The notes under the pieces: generated by a model | Databases searched by the model: none | The model's input: the letters and a program-made list of their open reading frames with translations, nothing else | Told to the model about the DNA's origin: nothing | Position numbers and translations under genes: made by a program | Part shown: one piece after another, positions 35,979 to 38,084 of the stretch | How positions within the stretch are numbered: position 1 is the first letter of the stretch | How the letters are laid out: each line of letters begins with the position of its first letter | DNA from: a virus | Taxonomy: Duplodnaviria; Caudoviricetes | Length of the DNA stretch: 38,084 nt | IMG/VR virus record: IMGVR_UViG_3300005259_000012 | Coordinates: 1 to 38,084 of that record | Direction: 5' to 3' (one strand)

Positions 35979-36419
35979 TTAGAAGCTCGGTTCTTCCTGC
36001 TTCTGCGTTTCGGGAGCCGGATCGATATATTTCTCAATCCCGTTGATCTTCTTTTTCTCGCCGTCCTTTTCATATTCGCGGACATTGATCTTGCACTTGC
36101 CCTTGCTGCCGACCAGTTTATTCCATTGCGGCTTGAATCGCTCGCCGTGCTTGCGCTGACCAATGGCGCGGAAAAATTCGCACATTTTCCATTCAAACTT
36201 GTCGCACAGCGGCAAATTTTCTTTGATGGCGGTAGTGCCGTCCGGCGTGGTGACTTTGATCTTGAGTTCGGCCTGCGGACAATTCCATTTATTGCTAGTG
36301 CCGCGCTGGAAATCCACAACCTCAAAGCTGCCTTCGCCTGCGGGCAACAGTTCATTGCTCGAATCGTTCTCGATGCTGTCTTCCCATCCGTAGGCGGTGG
36401 CCTTCTTTTCTTCTGCCAT
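35979..36419 (-). CDS. Single-stranded DNA-binding protein (DUF669-like)
   Basis: LLPAGEGSFEV OB-like start, acidic tail ending PSF; follows the Sak4-like gene. Confidence 0.78.
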   Translation of the reverse strand: MAEEKKATAYGWEDSIENDSSNELLPAGEGSFEVVDFQRGTSNKWNCPQAELKIKVTTPDGTTAIKENLPLCDKFEWKMCEFFRAIGQRKHGERFKPQWNKLVGSKGKCKINVREYEKDGEKKKINGIEKYIDPAPETQKQEEPSF

Positions 36420-36431
36420 GTTCGTACTTCC

Positions 36432-37469
36432 TTATTGCTTGCGGTTATCGTTGATGTAGCTGACTACTTTGTCCCAGTTCTTCGGTTCGATCATTTTTTT
36501 GACGAACCCCTCAGCGAGATTTCCAATGCCGTCTTCTTTGTTCTTCAAAAACCCTTTGGCAACCAGGTAATCCACCAGCTCGGCCTCAGTGATGCCGCTG
36601 AACTCGATCAAGTTGTAGAGTTCGGGATTGAATGCGCCTTTTGATTGCGGCGCTGCTGGATTGTTTGGTGCCGCTGGCGCGGACTGTTCTCTCTTGGGTT
36701 CTTCTTTTACGGCGGCGGTTGTTGTCGCTGTCGGTGCCGATGCGGATGGAGGAAAGCAGTGCGCAATCTCCTCGAATCTCATCGGCAGTTCTTCCGCCAG
36801 ATTGTGCCGATTTTTGGCATCCCATGCCGGATGGTGTGACGCGTACATATAGCGCTCACCGCCCTGGGCCTTGTTTTTACCGTCTGTCTTTTGGACAAAC
36901 GTTTTGTAGTTACAGAACAGGACCATATCGCCCCATTCCTTGGTCATGGCACAAAGGTCCACCTTGAACGACTGCTGGAGCTTGAGCGTCCAGCGGTCGT
37001 ACTGGCCGATTTCGTCCGGCTGCTCAAACTTGTACAGCTGTGCATGGCAGGTCAACACAACATTCATTTTCTGCGCAATCGCCGTCAGCTTCTGGAGGAA
37101 CATCCCCCACTGTACCGACAATCTCTGATAAAGGACGCCGTATGAAACGTCCCCGATTGCGGTTACTTTCGCTGCCGCACAAATGTCTTTTTTGGCTAAC
37201 GCCTCGCTCCAGTCCGCTGAATCAATGACCAGCGTCTGAAAGCCATGTGTGTCTTTAATGAATTCATCAAGTTCGGCCAGCAGCATCGGCCAACTGGTCG
37301 GAGTATCGACGCGAGCCACGTCGATATGTCCCGACGATTCCTCCACGTCAACAAAAACCGGATTGGGAAATGCGGCCGCCAATGTAGTCTTGCCGATCCC
37401 TTCGACACCGTAAATCACCACTCTTTGTGGTTTTTGAATCTTACCACTTTTAATTTCCATTATTGACAT
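36432..37469 (-). CDS. Sak4-like AAA_24 recombination ATPase
   Basis: IYGVEGIGKTT, TLVIDSADW, LTCH, WDAKNR. Confidence 0.88.
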   Translation of the reverse strand: MSIMEIKSGKIQKPQRVVIYGVEGIGKTTLAAAFPNPVFVDVEESSGHIDVARVDTPTSWPMLLAELDEFIKDTHGFQTLVIDSADWSEALAKKDICAAAKVTAIGDVSYGVLYQRLSVQWGMFLQKLTAIAQKMNVVLTCHAQLYKFEQPDEIGQYDRWTLKLQQSFKVDLCAMTKEWGDMVLFCNYKTFVQKTDGKNKAQGGERYMYASHHPAWDAKNRHNLAEELPMRFEEIAHCFPPSASAPTATTTAAVKEEPKREQSAPAAPNNPAAPQSKGAFNPELYNLIEFSGITEAELVDYLVAKGFLKNKEDGIGNLAEGFVKKMIEPKNWDKVVSYINDNRKQ

Positions 37470-37501
37470 TCTTTCTTAATGATGTTATTTTTTCAACAGT
37501 T

Positions 37502-37642
37502 TCATTGTTTGTTGGCTGATGGTGTTCCAGCACTGTCAGCCTTTTTTATTGTTCTGATTCTGAGGTAATCAATTTTCCCTTTCTGTTGTTGTGGGTATTC
37601 AAAACTGCGACCGATCACAAAGCTTCCGTGCGTTGCGATCAT
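37502..37642 (-). CDS. Possible 46-aa protein (MIATHGSF...)
   Basis: ATG right after the upstream stop with AAGGA; 3' part overlaps a hairpin. Confidence 0.35.
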   Translation of the reverse strand: MIATHGSFVIGRSFEYPQQQKGKIDYLRIRTIKKADSAGTPSANKQ

Positions 37643-37643
37643 G

Positions 37644-38084
37644 TTATTTTTCCTTGATCGGATCAATGCCGGTCAACTGTTCAAAAATCACCGGATCAAA
37701 GTTGGGCAACGCAAGCAGCTTTTTATATTCATGTTTCCAATTTGATAACGCTTTGGCATTATCCCATGCCTTGCGCCAGGCCGTTTTGTAGTCGATCTTT
37801 TTCAGATAGCCTTCTGCTGTTTTGAAACTGGGATAAGCGCTTTTTTCTTCTTCAGTCATTGCCGATTCAAAAATCCATTCGGTCAGATATATGTTGTAGA
37901 TGAAATCCGGCTTGGCCGCGACTTCCCAGTCACCAATGGTACATGGCTTGTGAAAAACGCGAATAATCTGAGACTGTTCAACGTTAAAGAAACCAGTTTC
38001 GCGATTACAGGCATTCCAACTTCCGGTGTTCCTGTAGCCGGTGTTCATGTCGCCGGTGTTCCTGTAGCCGGTGTTCATGTCGCC
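37644..38084 (-). CDS. NTGxx pentapeptide-repeat protein, 5' end outside window
   Basis: NTGYR/NTGDM repeats followed by GFFN..W..LPNFD..IF..TGI domain. Confidence 0.8.
   Translation of the reverse strand, partial: GDMNTGYRNTGDMNTGYRNTGSWNACNRETGFFNVEQSQIIRVFHKPCTIGDWEVAAKPDFIYNIYLTEWIFESAMTEEEKSAYPSFKTAEGYLKKIDYKTAWRKAWDNAKALSNWKHEYKKLLALPNFDPVIFEQLTGIDPIKEK
38023..38084. repeat. 30-bp perfect tandem repeat (15-bp subunits), running off the edge
   Basis: CCGGTGTTCCTGTAGCCGGTGTTCATGTCG x2. Confidence 0.9.

Larger units (their letters stand above)
1..38084. mobile_element. Temperate podovirus-like prophage at tRNA-Thr, continuing beyond the right edge
   Basis: tRNA plus integrase, TerL, portal, capsid, tail, ejection and replication modules in co-oriented order; no tape measure or sheath gene seen. 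Confidence 0.93.

Noticed and set aside
38023-38084. CRISPR repeat
   Set aside because: No spacers; it is an in-frame coding repeat.

Overview
The whole window is the left part of a temperate podovirus-like prophage next to a tRNA-Thr(TGT) 3' segment (1-57). A tyrosine integrase on + converges on a long, tightly packed minus-strand gene series. Read right to left, that series is: early recombination/replication genes (Sak4-like ATPase, SSB, SF2 helicase, RuvC-like resolvase, C5 methyltransferase, primase-helicase), an AT-rich origin/promoter region, packaging genes (RHH protein, TerL, P22-like portal), head genes (scaffold, N4-gp56/DUF4043-like capsid), tail genes, ejection proteins ending in a 2529-aa polyvalent protein, a tail fibre, and an atypical lysis-position cassette (PLA2-like protein, holin-like protein, lipoprotein, secreted nuclease; no recognisable endolysin). 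The most striking hidden feature is an antisense unit inside the giant gene (7668-7988). It has a sigma70-like promoter, two tandem ~136-nt four-way-junction RNA units with compensatory base changes and + strand G-U pairs, and a U-tract. It sits directly against a BECR-type RNase domain, suggesting an ORF-embedded RNA antitoxin or tRNA-like decoy. All calls come from motif recognition by eye; no searches were run.
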